Assembly (NCBI GenBank): GCA_965222375.1
Contig: CBDCTZ010000016.1
Coordinates: 160,001-224,000, forward strand
Length of the DNA stretch: 64,000 nt
From: Polyangiaceae bacterium
Lineage (GTDB): Bacteria > Myxococcota_A > Polyangia > Polyangiales > Polyangiaceae
Reading direction: 5' to 3'
The position numbers and the translations under genes are program-made. Shown one piece after another: positions 10,024-20,210 of the stretch; within the stretch, counting starts at the first letter, position 1, and every line of letters starts with the position of its first letter. The notes beneath the pieces were generated by a model that searched no databases, had not been told where the DNA came from, and saw only the letters and a program-made list of their open reading frames with translations.

Positions 10024-11160
10024 TCACGGGTCGAAGTAGTCCACATCTACTCCGCGAGGCGTACGAAAGCGGGTCACGCCGGGGCTTCGCTGCAGCACGT
10101 AGTCCGGCCCAACCGGCACCTTGCCGAAGCCCCCGGGTGTGTCGACGATCAACTTGGGCAGCGCGATACCGGAAAGTCGCCCCTGAAGCGCCTCCATCAG
10201 CTCGATACTTGCCGAAAGGGGCGTACGCAGATGCGCCGTGCCACGTACCGGATCCGCCTGCAGCAGGTAGTACGGGCGCACCCGCACTTTCACCAAACCG
10301 CGAAATAGTTTCGCCAAGGTCGCCGCGTCGTCGTTGACCCCATGCATCAAAACGGTGTGGTTCATGACCGGAAAGCCGCCGTCCGCCAGTCGCTCACAGG
10401 CCGAAAGCGCCGCCGGGTGCAGTTCCTTCGGGTGATTGAAGTGGGTCATGATCCAGATCGGATGATGTGGCCGCAGGGCTTGCACCAGCTCGTCGCTGAT
10501 CCGTGACGGCAAAACCACCGGAACCCGAGTCGCAATGCGGATGGTCTCGATGCTCGGGATCTGTCGCAGTGCCTCGAGCACAGTCGCAATCTTGTCAGTC
10601 TTGAGCATCAGAGGATCACCGCCACTGATGATCAGATCCCGCACTTCGGGATGCTCCCGCAGATAGGAAAGCGCTGGCGACAGGGCCTGCATGGATCGCG
10701 CTCCGCCCCCGGAACCCACCATGCGGCTACGAGTGCAAAACCGGCAGTACACTGCGCAGCGGTCCGTCAGCAAGAGCAGCGCACGATCCGGGTAGCGCTG
10801 GATCAACTCCGGGGCGACCTCATGAGCTTCTTCCCCGAGGGGGTCCCGCAGGTCTCCTGGCACCGTCTGCTTCTCGGCGGCAGCCGGCACGACCTGACGG
10901 CGGATTGGACAGTGGGGATCCTGCAGATCGATCAAGCTGAGGTAGTGCGGCGGAATCGCAATTGGAAAACCGTCGCGCTCGGCTTGGCGCGCCGCGCGTA
11001 GCTCGGGTTCGCTCAAAGACAGCGTCTCGTGCAGCCCATCCGCAGTGCGAATGGTCTCTCTGAGTTCACGCTGCCAGGACGGCGCGCTCAGGGTCCGAAG
11101 CAGCCGAGTGCTTTGGCTGCCAGCAGACGCATCATTTTTGGGGCGGAGGGGTTCCTCCAC
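10024..11160 (-). CDS. KamA family radical SAM protein (lysine 2,3-aminomutase-like)
   Basis: [42 protein letters not shown]. Confidence 0.92.
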   Translation of the reverse strand: MEEPLRPKNDASAGSQSTRLLRTLSAPSWQRELRETIRTADGLHETLSLSEPELRAARQAERDGFPIAIPPHYLSLIDLQDPHCPIRRQVVPAAAEKQTVPGDLRDPLGEEAHEVAPELIQRYPDRALLLLTDRCAVYCRFCTRSRMVGSGGGARSMQALSPALSYLREHPEVRDLIISGGDPLMLKTDKIATVLEALRQIPSIETIRIATRVPVVLPSRISDELVQALRPHHPIWIMTHFNHPKELHPAALSACERLADGGFPVMNHTVLMHGVNDDAATLAKLFRGLVKVRVRPYYLLQADPVRGTAHLRTPLSASIELMEALQGRLSGIALPKLIVDTPGGFGKVPVGPDYVLQRSPGVTRFRTPRGVDVDYFDP

Positions 11161-12151
11161 TTGGAGCCTCCAGGCCGGGAACTTCGATCTTGTCGAGGGC
11201 CTTTTCGTCTACAGTGATCTTGAAGCGAGCCCGCAAGTCCTTTTCGAGGTCTTTCTCGAGCTTCTGCAGCTTCTCTTGCAGCAGCTGCACCCGAATACTG
11301 CGTTCGGCTTCGGCGAAGGTCCGCTCCCGAGCGTCCGTCTTGCCCGTCATACGCACGATGTGGAACTTGCCGTCGGATTCCACCACGGCGTCATGCACAC
11401 CGCCCACAGCGGAGATCTCGAAAACCGCTTTTCGCAACGCTTCGGGCACTCGAGGGTTGGCCGCTTTGTCGCCACTGCCAGGCGCACTCACGATGCCCAA
11501 GTCTCCGGCGAGCTCCAACGGCGCCGCGGGGCTGGGCTTGGGTGGCTTGGTGAGTGAGTTGTCGTGCACCAGCTTGCCCCACTGCATCGGGCTCGCCTTC
11601 TTGGCCTGGGGCAAGAGCTGCTCCGCCTTGGCCTTGTCCGCAAGGACGATGTGCGCCACGCGCCGGCGCTCGGGATCGCGATAGTCCGCCTTGTTCTTCT
11701 TGAAGTAGGCGCGAACCTCCGCCTCCGGGATGTCCTTGGGTGCAGGAAGCTCGGAGCGAACCGTGCGCAGGAGTTCATCCCGTAGGATTTGCCGAATGCG
11801 TGCTCGTGTTTCGGGTTTCTTGTCCAGACCGCGCTTGCGCGCCTCTCGCGCAAGCAGCTCCACCTTGATCATCTCGTCCAGGAGCAACTTGCGACGATCT
11901 TCGGACTGGTAGCGCAGGCGCTCGAACTGATCCATGCGCTCGATGGTCGCGGCGTACTCGCCGAGGGTGATCACGCGCTTGCCTACCGTGGCCAAGGGCT
12001 TCGCGGCCAGCTCCGGCGACAGCGCCTGGGGCACTGCGCTACCCGAAGTGGCGGGAGCCGGCGGAGTCAACGCCTTGTCCTCGCAACCTGAGCACCCAAT
12101 CGACAGCGACAGACAGAAGCCAACAGCTATGGAACGCAGAAAGCCGCTCAC
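11132..12151 (-). CDS. PpiC-type peptidylprolyl isomerase lipoprotein
   Basis: Lipobox, SurA-like N-domain, RRVAHIV, GDLG, KFHIVR. Confidence 0.85.
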   Translation of the reverse strand: MSGFLRSIAVGFCLSLSIGCSGCEDKALTPPAPATSGSAVPQALSPELAAKPLATVGKRVITLGEYAATIERMDQFERLRYQSEDRRKLLLDEMIKVELLAREARKRGLDKKPETRARIRQILRDELLRTVRSELPAPKDIPEAEVRAYFKKNKADYRDPERRRVAHIVLADKAKAEQLLPQAKKASPMQWGKLVHDNSLTKPPKPSPAAPLELAGDLGIVSAPGSGDKAANPRVPEALRKAVFEISAVGGVHDAVVESDGKFHIVRMTGKTDARERTFAEAERSIRVQLLQEKLQKLEKDLEKDLRARFKITVDEKALDKIEVPGLEAPSGGTPPPQK

Positions 12152-12279
12152 AGGGTTGCGTCTACTACGGTCCGTCCCGCCGCGCCAGAGGATGGGAATT
12201 CCAGCAGCCGCGCTGCAGCCCGAGGCTGGGGCAAGCCGGGCATTGCGCCGAGCACCACTGCCAGGTACGGATCCCGCTC

Positions 12280-13017
12280 GTGAAGGCTGAACCGAATTCC
12301 GACCTGAAATACAAGCGCGTCGTCATCAAGCTCTCCGGCGAGGCGCTGTGCGGCACCGAAGGCGGCTTTGGCATCGACACCACGACCCTGAAGAACACTG
12401 CCGAGGAGCTGGCGGAGGTGCACGCCACAGGCGTCCAAATCGGCATCGTGGTGGGCGGCGGAAACATCTTCCGCGGGCTCAAGGGGGCCAGCGAGGGCAT
12501 GGACCGCGCTCAAAGCGACTACATGGGCATGCTGGCCACGGTGATCAACTCGCTATCGCTGCAGGACGCCCTAGAGCGATGCGACGTGCCGACACGCGTG
12601 ATGACTGCCATCGAAATTCGTCAGGTTGCGGAGCCCTACATCCGGCGCCGCGCCATGCGCCATCTGCACCGCGGCCACGTCGTCGTCTTCGCCGCCGGTA
12701 CCGGCAACCCGTACTTCTCGACGGACACGGCGGCGTCCCTGCGCGCCATGGAGATCCGCGCCGACGCATTGCTCAAAGCCACGAAGGTCGAAGGTATCTA
12801 CGATCGTGATCCCCGGAAGCACGCAGGCGCCACGATGCTCAAGAACGTGAGCTTCGATCACTTCTTGACCGAGAACCTGAAGGTCATGGACGCTACGGCC
12901 GTCGCGCTGTGCCGAGACAACGGTTTGCCCATTCGGGTCTTCAAGATGATCCCCGGCAACATCAAGGCCGTGTGCCTCGGCGCGGAAATCGGTACCGCCG
13001 TCTCCGAAACCGAATAG
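12280..13017 (+). CDS. pyrH: UMP kinase
   Basis: [40 protein letters not shown]. Confidence 0.97.
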   Translation: MKAEPNSDLKYKRVVIKLSGEALCGTEGGFGIDTTTLKNTAEELAEVHATGVQIGIVVGGGNIFRGLKGASEGMDRAQSDYMGMLATVINSLSLQDALERCDVPTRVMTAIEIRQVAEPYIRRRAMRHLHRGHVVVFAAGTGNPYFSTDTAASLRAMEIRADALLKATKVEGIYDRDPRKHAGATMLKNVSFDHFLTENLKVMDATAVALCRDNGLPIRVFKMIPGNIKAVCLGAEIGTAVSETE

Positions 13018-13097
13018 TCCCCGCTTCGACCCGGCCATCGCCGGAGGGGCCGCGATCCCGCCGCGCAGCGGGGATTTCCAGTCCCTGGGGCCAGCGG

Positions 13098-13433
13098 TCA
13101 GGTTCGTTTCTGGGCGCACTCGACACACAGGGTGGTCGAAGGGTCGTGCTCCAGGCGGCGCTCGGGGATCGGCTCACCACAGTCCAAACAATCACCGAAC
13201 TCGTCGGCACCAATTCGCGCGAGGGCAGAGCGTGCTCGGGTCAGGCTCAGTTTTCGACGGCGCTGTGCCTCCGCGCTGATCGCCTGGCCCTGAATCGCAT
13301 CCATTCGTGACAGGCGGCCCACAGCGCTCTGGTCGAGCTGGGTGGGTTTGGCGGCCTCCCCGCCGAGGGCGATTTCTTCTTCGAGCTGCGCCACCTGCTC
13401 TTCGAGGCGCTTGCGGTAGTGCTCCAGATCCAT
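13098..13433 (-). CDS. TraR/DksA C4 zinc-finger protein
   Basis: GRLSRMDA coiled coil and CLDC-x17-CVEC finger. Confidence 0.9.
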   Translation of the reverse strand: MDLEHYRKRLEEQVAQLEEEIALGGEAAKPTQLDQSAVGRLSRMDAIQGQAISAEAQRRRKLSLTRARSALARIGADEFGDCLDCGEPIPERRLEHDPSTTLCVECAQKRT

Positions 13434-13584
13434 ACGCGCGCCAGCATACCGCGCGAGCTTCTTGGGGCCAGCTCCCCGGGGCGGGCAGCGGCTGGAACAT
13501 CAACCTCGGGTTTGGGTTTGGGGGGATGGCGCAAACTTGGCGTCATCGACAGTTCGGCGCGGCGCGGCGCGGACGCATCACCTG

Positions 13585-14838
13585 CTACTTCACCGGTTCG
13601 GTCACCGGCGGGGCGCCTTTCCCGAGCTTCCAGCTGAGGTTGTCGATGATGACGCTGGAGTCGAGAATCATGTCGCCCATGTCCCAGATGGCGAAGCGAA
13701 CGGTGATCTCCTGACCCGGTGGCACCGGCGCACGGGTGTTGAGCCAGCCCGTCGCCGCGTGAGGACCCTTCCCACCGGTCTCGTCGAATCCAGTCCCAAC
13801 GAGCTCGCCGGGGCCCCGCGCACACGGAAAGTTCTTCCCGTTCGCAGTCTGGGCGTTGCACACCTCCAAGAAGCCGTTGTTGACGCTGACGGGGTTGCCC
13901 TGGCTATCGAAGGAGACATTTCCCGACTGGGCGTTGGCTGGCTCCGGGCTGACCAAAGCCACGAAGAAGTCGTTGTACTGCGTGCAGACGTAGATCGGGA
14001 ACTCGTAGGTATAGAAGCTGAAGTCGAAACTGAGCTCGTTGGCGTTGGTGGGCGTGCGAATAACGAGCTCGAGGGCCGCGGAGTCTCGCGCCGCCTTGTC
14101 GTTGGCGGTCGTCACGGAGCAGGCCGGCGAATCCTTCGGGAAACCGGGAGGCGCGGTGGCCTGGGTGTTCATCTCCGCTCCGCCGGGGCTCCTGTAGCCG
14201 ATGTCCCCAGGTCGACGCGCAGTTCCGCTCGAGAGCAACAGCATGTTGGTGCCCTCCCGCGGCGCGACATTCGGGCCGAAGCTCGGGACCAGACCGTGCG
14301 AGAGCGGGTTCATTCCCGGCGTGCCGTCGGCTTGCACGAACTTGGCGCTGACCAATCCCCAGCTCGGCCCGTTCGCTTTGCGGCAAAGCCCGATCACACG
14401 GGCCGCCACTTCGGGATCGCTATAGCCGATATCAAATGTCTGGGTGTCACAGCCCACGGGTTCGTCGTCGGGAGTGCCGCTGCAGTCTTCGTCGATGCCA
14501 TTGCCCGGAAAGTCATAGGCTCCGGGGTTCATTTGATCGCTACAGTCGTTGCAGTCGCCGCCTGCGGGAGTCACCCCATCGCCGTCCCCGTCAGCGTTGG
14601 GCGCCGGGTTGTCACAGGGCGGCGCAGTCGTGATGGGCCCACTGCCCCCGGAGCCTTTGGCGCCGGTTCCGATCACCGGGCCGCCCCCGGTCCCAATCGC
14701 CGTGCCGCCGCTGCCTGAAGAACCCCCGGAAACCTTGTTGCCACCGGAGCTGGCCGAGCAGGCTAGGAGCAGACCGCTACCCACCAAGACGACCCCAAAA
14801 CCCAAGGAACCAAACCAAGAACGCCTCACGCCGACCAT
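13585..14838 (-). CDS. Lipoprotein with putative metal-binding motif and choice-of-anchor-L-like domain
   Basis: Lipobox LLAC, Gly linker, DGDGDG..GDCND...PGA.D.PGNGIDEDC, then LLSSG, YEFP.YVC..YNDFF, DMGD..LDS. Start uncertain (14838 or 14868). Confidence 0.75.
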   Translation of the reverse strand: MVGVRRSWFGSLGFGVVLVGSGLLLACSASSGGNKVSGGSSGSGGTAIGTGGGPVIGTGAKGSGGSGPITTAPPCDNPAPNADGDGDGVTPAGGDCNDCSDQMNPGAYDFPGNGIDEDCSGTPDDEPVGCDTQTFDIGYSDPEVAARVIGLCRKANGPSWGLVSAKFVQADGTPGMNPLSHGLVPSFGPNVAPREGTNMLLLSSGTARRPGDIGYRSPGGAEMNTQATAPPGFPKDSPACSVTTANDKAARDSAALELVIRTPTNANELSFDFSFYTYEFPIYVCTQYNDFFVALVSPEPANAQSGNVSFDSQGNPVSVNNGFLEVCNAQTANGKNFPCARGPGELVGTGFDETGGKGPHAATGWLNTRAPVPPGQEITVRFAIWDMGDMILDSSVIIDNLSWKLGKGAPPVTEPVK

Positions 14839-14981
14839 GCTGACCTCCAACCCGAGGCAGCTCTGCAATCGCCGTTCCGAGCACGAAGCCCCACGAAATC
14901 GAGGGTTTTCAGGGTCAACGCCCAGAAGTTCCGGACGTTTTTGTGTTGGGTTCCGGACGGGGCCGCCGCGGGTGCCTGGGA

Positions 14982-16388
14982 TCAGCGCGGCGGGCCGGTC
15001 AGGGTCTGACAGCCCATCAGGATGTCGACGCTGCCGGTCCGAGTTGCCTTGAACGCGTCACAGGTCGCTGGACACATCACCATTCGCTTGGGGCTGCCGC
15101 CCTTGGCCGGATCCGAGTCGTAATACCAACCGCCGTGAGTGGAGTCGCACTGCGCCGAACTTGCCACGTAGCCAACGTAGGCGCTGCTGCCGCCCTTGGT
15201 GAACTTCACGTTGACCTTGCCGAAGTCCAAGGCCTCGCCACCCGCTGGCACCGGGACTTTGTACTCGCAAGGCAGCGCGGTTCCAGTGATGGTATCCAGG
15301 GCTTCGCGAAACTGCTTGGCCACATCTTGAGTGGTGTCGACGATGAACGCCTTCTGGGTGCCCCCAGCTTGAGCTATGGCGTCCAGATTCTTCGGTGCGT
15401 TGCCATCCTTTGGGCCAAACACGCCGATCACGAAAGTGCCCACCGCGGGCGAACCCTGATTGCCCTGGGAAGCGATCTGAGCGACTTGCGAGATGCCCGT
15501 CGGGTCACAGGACGTTGGCAGCCCGTCCGTCGCCAACACGACGACCACCTTGTGATCCGGATACTGCGCGGCGCGCGACTTCGCGTGATCGATGGCTCCG
15601 GCTAGAGCTGGCCCGGTCGGTGTATTGCCCTCGGGCGACAGTCCTTGCATCGCGCTGGCGATTTGGCCTCCATTCGCCGACAGGGGCGCGATGGCTACCT
15701 GGGGCTTGGCGTAGGCACCAGCTTCGCAGCTCGTCGCATTCATGCACACGCTGCTGGTGACCTTCTGACAACTGCCGCAACTGCCGCCGAAGGCGCCCGC
15801 GGGCATGCACAGCGAATTCGGATTGTTGGAACAGGTCCCGAGGCTCACGCACTGTCCAAGACCCGCGCAATCCGCCGAACTGCTACAACCCACGAGCTGC
15901 GAGGAACCCGAGCAGGCTTTCAACAAGCAAGGCCCGGCGGTTCCGCACGCGGCGTTGCTTGAGCACGAGCTCGGCGCCCCCGCCTTGCGCAGAGGAAAGA
16001 ACTGCAGGCCGACGTTCAGACCAGCCGCGAGAGGATCCGAAGCGAAACCGGAAACAGCTTGTTTGATGGCGTCCCACTTGGTGGGCCCGGCGCCGGTCTT
16101 GTCTTGCATCGATCCCGACGTGTCCATCATCACGTAGAGGTCGAGAGGTACTTGCTCCGCCTTCGCGGTTTCCACGGCGCAGGCAGACTCGTCCAAGCCC
16201 CCGGTGGCGCCGGTGCCCGTACCGTTGGCGCTGCCACCCACGTTGATGGTGGGTGAGCCTCCCTTGCCGCCGCCTCCGGAGCCGCCTTCGGCGACGGTGT
16301 TGTCGCCATCGTCGCCACCGCAACCGGCAGCCAGCAGTGCCGTGAGTGTTCCAATCGCCCCTAAACGAACCGTGACCCAAGCATTCAT
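14982..16388 (-). CDS. vWA-domain lipoprotein with Cys-rich insert (CglB-like)
   Basis: Lipobox AAGC, MIDAS DTSGSM, TPT, LATDGLP, FVIG, C-terminal Cys module. Confidence 0.8.
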   Translation of the reverse strand: MNAWVTVRLGAIGTLTALLAAGCGGDDGDNTVAEGGSGGGGKGGSPTINVGGSANGTGTGATGGLDESACAVETAKAEQVPLDLYVMMDTSGSMQDKTGAGPTKWDAIKQAVSGFASDPLAAGLNVGLQFFPLRKAGAPSSCSSNAACGTAGPCLLKACSGSSQLVGCSSSADCAGLGQCVSLGTCSNNPNSLCMPAGAFGGSCGSCQKVTSSVCMNATSCEAGAYAKPQVAIAPLSANGGQIASAMQGLSPEGNTPTGPALAGAIDHAKSRAAQYPDHKVVVVLATDGLPTSCDPTGISQVAQIASQGNQGSPAVGTFVIGVFGPKDGNAPKNLDAIAQAGGTQKAFIVDTTQDVAKQFREALDTITGTALPCEYKVPVPAGGEALDFGKVNVKFTKGGSSAYVGYVASSAQCDSTHGGWYYDSDPAKGGSPKRMVMCPATCDAFKATRTGSVDILMGCQTLTGPPR

Positions 16389-16646
16389 GACAGCCTCCAG
16401 ACTTCAGCTTCAGCAAGCTGCGTACCGTCACACTGGAACCAAAATTGCCTAACGATTTCGCGTGCTTGCAAATTCGCTGCCCTCGTTTCTGGTCTGCTAC
16501 ACCCGACAGAAACGGTGGGATGCGCCAGACCGAGCGGGCCGCGCGGAGCCGGTTTGAACGCACCCGGTTGGCGCAGGGTGGAAATTGCCCCATGTGTTCA
16601 GTCCCCGACTGGCCGGACTGGGTTTGCGGGCTCGGAGCAACGAAAC

Positions 16647-18947
16647 ATGTGGCAATCGCTTCCTGATTTTGGAACCGGCGTCCTGTACGCAGTGCTCGTT
16701 GCAGCGAGCTACACCTTCGCCGTGTCCGTCGCGGCGGGCCGTGGCCGACCGCGCTTGCTCCAGTCGGCGCGGATGGGCGCCTATGCAACGAGCGCCCTGG
16801 TCGCGCTCGGCGTCGTGCTGTTGGCCTACGGGTTCGTCACCCACGATTTCCGCATCCGCTACGTCGCTCGCTACAGCGACCGCTCCATGGGCACGGACTA
16901 CCTGCTGACGGCGCTGTGGGGTGGACAGGACGGATCCCTCCTGTGGTGGTCCTTCCTCCTGTCCGGCTACATCGTGGGGTGCGTATGGTGGCTGAAGGGG
17001 CGCTACCGGCATTTGCAGCCCTACGTCATCGCGACGCTGATGGTCATCGTGGGCTTCTTCGCGATCTTGATGCTGTTTGCCGCGAACCCCTTCGCCACCA
17101 GTGTCGCCGGGGCGAAGCTGGAAGGCGATGGGCTCAATCCGCTGCTCCAGAACTACTGGATGATCATTCACCCGCCGGCGCTGTACATGGGCTTCGTCGG
17201 TTGCGCGATTCCCTTCGCATTTTCCATCGCGGCGTTGATCACGGGTCGCCTGGACAACGAGTGGATCGTGGCAGTGCGCAAGTGGATGCTTTTTGCCTGG
17301 GTGTTCCTGAGCCTAGGCAACGCTCTGGGTATGGTCTGGGCCTACGAAGAGCTGGGCTGGGGCGGCTATTGGGCCTGGGATCCGGTGGAAAACGCTGCCT
17401 GCCTGCCGTGGTTCACCGCCAGCGCCTACGTGCACTCCACGATGATTCAAGAGCGGCGCAACATGCTCAAGGTGTGGAACGTCTTGCTCATCGCAATCAC
17501 GTTCCTACTGACGATCTTCGGCACCTTCCTCACGCGCTCCGGCCTGATCGCAAGCGTGCATAGCTTTGCCCAGAGCAACATCGGGATCTTCTTCGTGTGG
17601 TTCATGGGCCTGGCTGCCGCGGCCTGCATCGGGCTCCTGGTCTGGCGCTACCCCAAGCTCAAGAGCCCACACCAGATCGAAGCCGTCGCTAGCCGTGAGG
17701 CCATGTTCGTGGTGAACAACTGGGCACTCTTGGGCGCAATGGTGTTCATCCTGGTCGCCACCCTCTTCCCCAAGATCAGCGAATGGCTGTGGAAAGAGTC
17801 CGTGACCGTGGGCCCGCCGTTCTTCAACCGTTGGATGGCGCCGATCGGCTTGGTCATTTTCGCGCTGATGGGCCTCGCGCCTCTCTTCGGCTGGCGAAAG
17901 ACCAGCGGAGAGTCTCTGAAAAAGGCCTTCGCAGCCCCGCTCATCGCCATGTTCATCGGCGGGGGCGCTCACCTGGCCTTCGGCGCACGCATGGGCTTTC
18001 CCGCGCTCGTCCCCACGGATCAATTCTACTCCGGCGTTGTCGGGGTCGTACTGCAAAAGCTGGGCGCGGCCCTCCCTTTGATCACCGTGTCTCTGTCCGC
18101 GTTCAACCTTGCCGTCATCGTGCAGGAGTTCCAGCGCGGTGTGGCTGCTCGACGCCGGTCGAGCGAAAAGGCGGGCGAGAAGGAGAGCGTGCTGCAGGCG
18201 CTGGTGCGCTTGATGGACAAGAGTCGGCGCCGCTACGGCGGCTACATCGTGCACGCAGGCATCGTGGTCATGTTCCTGGGCTTCACGGGCGCAGCCTGGG
18301 CCGTGGAGCACGAAACCTCCATGTCTCCCGGGGAAACCCATACGATCGGAAACTACGAACTCAAGTACGTGGGTCCCCGCATGGAAGTGGATCCGAACAA
18401 GCGGATGGCCTTCGCCGACGTCGAAGTCCACCGAAACGGCAATAGCGTGGGAACGCTGTCGCCGGCCAAGTTCATCTATTCACGGGCCCCCGAAAGCCCC
18501 ACGACCGAGGTCGCCATGCTGCACTCGGTGCGCGACGACCTATACGTGGTCGTGGGTAGCATCAGCCCCAGCACGAAGCGCGCGACCTTCCAAATGCACG
18601 TCAATCCGCTGGTTTCTTGGATCTGGGCAGGCGTGCTGATCTTGCTGCTCGGGTCCTCTCTCTCCCTTTGGCCCGAGGTCAGCGAGAAGCGCCTTGGCGC
18701 GTGGTCCTACGTACGCACTGCGACGGCTGGCGCGGGCGGAATCATGTTTGCCATCTGGCTAGCTATGGGACCAAGCACCGCCTTCGCTGCCAGTCACACG
18801 AAGGTCCCCCGACCCACCGCGGCCAGCGTTTCGCCTCTGGCATCCCCAAGCGCATCGCAGCTCGCACCTTGGCTGCTGCCGGGAGCCCTTGCTCTTGCCG
18901 CAGGCACATTGCTGGGCGCGGCGCGCACGAGGCGACGCAGACCGTGA
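16647..18947 (+). CDS. ccmF: Cytochrome c biogenesis heme lyase CcmF
   Basis: WGGQDGS, GLNPLLQ, IHPP, WWD domain WAYEELGWGGYWAWDPVENA, SVHSF. Start set at ATG 16647. Confidence 0.95.
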   Translation: MWQSLPDFGTGVLYAVLVAASYTFAVSVAAGRGRPRLLQSARMGAYATSALVALGVVLLAYGFVTHDFRIRYVARYSDRSMGTDYLLTALWGGQDGSLLWWSFLLSGYIVGCVWWLKGRYRHLQPYVIATLMVIVGFFAILMLFAANPFATSVAGAKLEGDGLNPLLQNYWMIIHPPALYMGFVGCAIPFAFSIAALITGRLDNEWIVAVRKWMLFAWVFLSLGNALGMVWAYEELGWGGYWAWDPVENAACLPWFTASAYVHSTMIQERRNMLKVWNVLLIAITFLLTIFGTFLTRSGLIASVHSFAQSNIGIFFVWFMGLAAAACIGLLVWRYPKLKSPHQIEAVASREAMFVVNNWALLGAMVFILVATLFPKISEWLWKESVTVGPPFFNRWMAPIGLVIFALMGLAPLFGWRKTSGESLKKAFAAPLIAMFIGGGAHLAFGARMGFPALVPTDQFYSGVVGVVLQKLGAALPLITVSLSAFNLAVIVQEFQRGVAARRRSSEKAGEKESVLQALVRLMDKSRRRYGGYIVHAGIVVMFLGFTGAAWAVEHETSMSPGETHTIGNYELKYVGPRMEVDPNKRMAFADVEVHRNGNSVGTLSPAKFIYSRAPESPTTEVAMLHSVRDDLYVVVGSISPSTKRATFQMHVNPLVSWIWAGVLILLLGSSLSLWPEVSEKRLGAWSYVRTATAGAGGIMFAIWLAMGPSTAFAASHTKVPRPTAASVSPLASPSASQLAPWLLPGALALAAGTLLGAARTRRRRP

Positions 18948-19261
18948 CGCCGGCCGCACCCGGCTTGCGCGGGGTGTGGGGAGCGGTCGCGCTCGCTCTG
19001 GCAACACCGAGCTGCGATCAATCCGCGCCTCGGGGCACGCCTCCACCCTCGAGTTCAGCACTTCCACAGCATGCCCCCGGAGGACCCACATCCTGCCAAG
19101 ACGTCGGACGATTTGGTGGAATTGCGACCTGCTGCGAGGGCAGCTACTGCGGAGGCCATTGCTTCACCGATGGTTGCCGCTGCGGGGACACCTTCGCAGG
19201 TTGTTTTTGGCCGGATGTGTGTTGTGCCGGCCAGTGCAAGCCCCGGGACGCCTGCAGGTGA
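18944..19261 (+). CDS. Small Cys-rich lipoprotein
   Basis: GTG 18944 overlaps the ccmF stop; ALALATPSC lipobox-like; 12 Cys in the last ~56 aa. Confidence 0.6.
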   Translation: MTPAAPGLRGVWGAVALALATPSCDQSAPRGTPPPSSSALPQHAPGGPTSCQDVGRFGGIATCCEGSYCGGHCFTDGCRCGDTFAGCFWPDVCCAGQCKPRDACR

Positions 19262-19295
19262 ATTGCTGGTATAAGCGCCAAAGTTCCGTTACTTC

Positions 19296-20210
19296 GTGAC
19301 CTCGACCGTGCTCGACCGCCTCGCCCAGATCCCAACGCCCGTGCGTCGACTGCTGCCTCTCGTGGCGCTGACCATCGTAGCGGCAATCATCGCCACGCGC
19401 GGTCTAGGCGTCGGCTTGATGGCACTCGCGGGCATTGCCCTGTTGGCCGCTATCTTCTTGGCGTGGAACAGCGTGCAGAGCCTCACGGGTGAGGCAGAGC
19501 TCAGCCTCGACGAGGCCCTCGGCATGGCAGTGCCTTCCGTGGAGGAAGAGCGCAAACGAGCGATTTTGCGCGCCCTCAAGGACCTGGAATACGAACGCAG
19601 CGTGGGAAAGGTCAGCGACGCGGACTACCTGGAGCTCTCCACCCAGTACCGCTCGGAAGCGAAAGAGCTGCTGCGAGCCCTGGAAGAGCAAGACAAGCCA
19701 GCGCGAGCGCGGGCCGAGAGGCTCTTGCAGAAGAAGCTCCTCAAGGCCGGCTTGTCAGCAGATGCGTCTCTGGAAGACGACGAAGAAGAAAGGTCTACCC
19801 AACAGGGCACGGAGCATCCAAAGACGGACGACGACGAGGACGAGAGCGGCCCCAGCGGCGCGCTGGAAAAAGACGCAAGCGACGACAACGAAGCAAGCGA
19901 CGACGACGATGCCCCCGAGTCGGATGTGGGAAGCGACGACGACGACGATGCCCCGGACTCTGATGACGCACCCGATTCCGAACCGGTCGCAGCAGCCGAC
20001 ACGCCGCCACCCGAGCCGCCACCGGCCAAGGTCGCGCCGTCTCGGGCCTGCGCCGAATGCGCATCGAGAAATGACTTGGATGCCGCCTTTTGCAAGAAGT
20101 GCGGACACCCCTTGGCGGACGAAGACCAGCGTCTTTGCCAAGCGTGCCCCGCGATGTACGCGGCGGAAGAGGAGAGCTGTCCCCAATGCGGCGTACCCTT
20201 CGAAGACTGA
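19296..20210 (+). CDS. Membrane protein with acidic linker and double zinc ribbon (ccm-associated)
   Basis: Two TM helices, LKDLEYE..VGKVSDADY, D/E-rich tract, four CxxC pairs. Confidence 0.8.
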   Translation: MTSTVLDRLAQIPTPVRRLLPLVALTIVAAIIATRGLGVGLMALAGIALLAAIFLAWNSVQSLTGEAELSLDEALGMAVPSVEEERKRAILRALKDLEYERSVGKVSDADYLELSTQYRSEAKELLRALEEQDKPARARAERLLQKKLLKAGLSADASLEDDEEERSTQQGTEHPKTDDDEDESGPSGALEKDASDDNEASDDDDAPESDVGSDDDDDAPDSDDAPDSEPVAAADTPPPEPPPAKVAPSRACAECASRNDLDAAFCKKCGHPLADEDQRLCQACPAMYAAEEESCPQCGVPFED

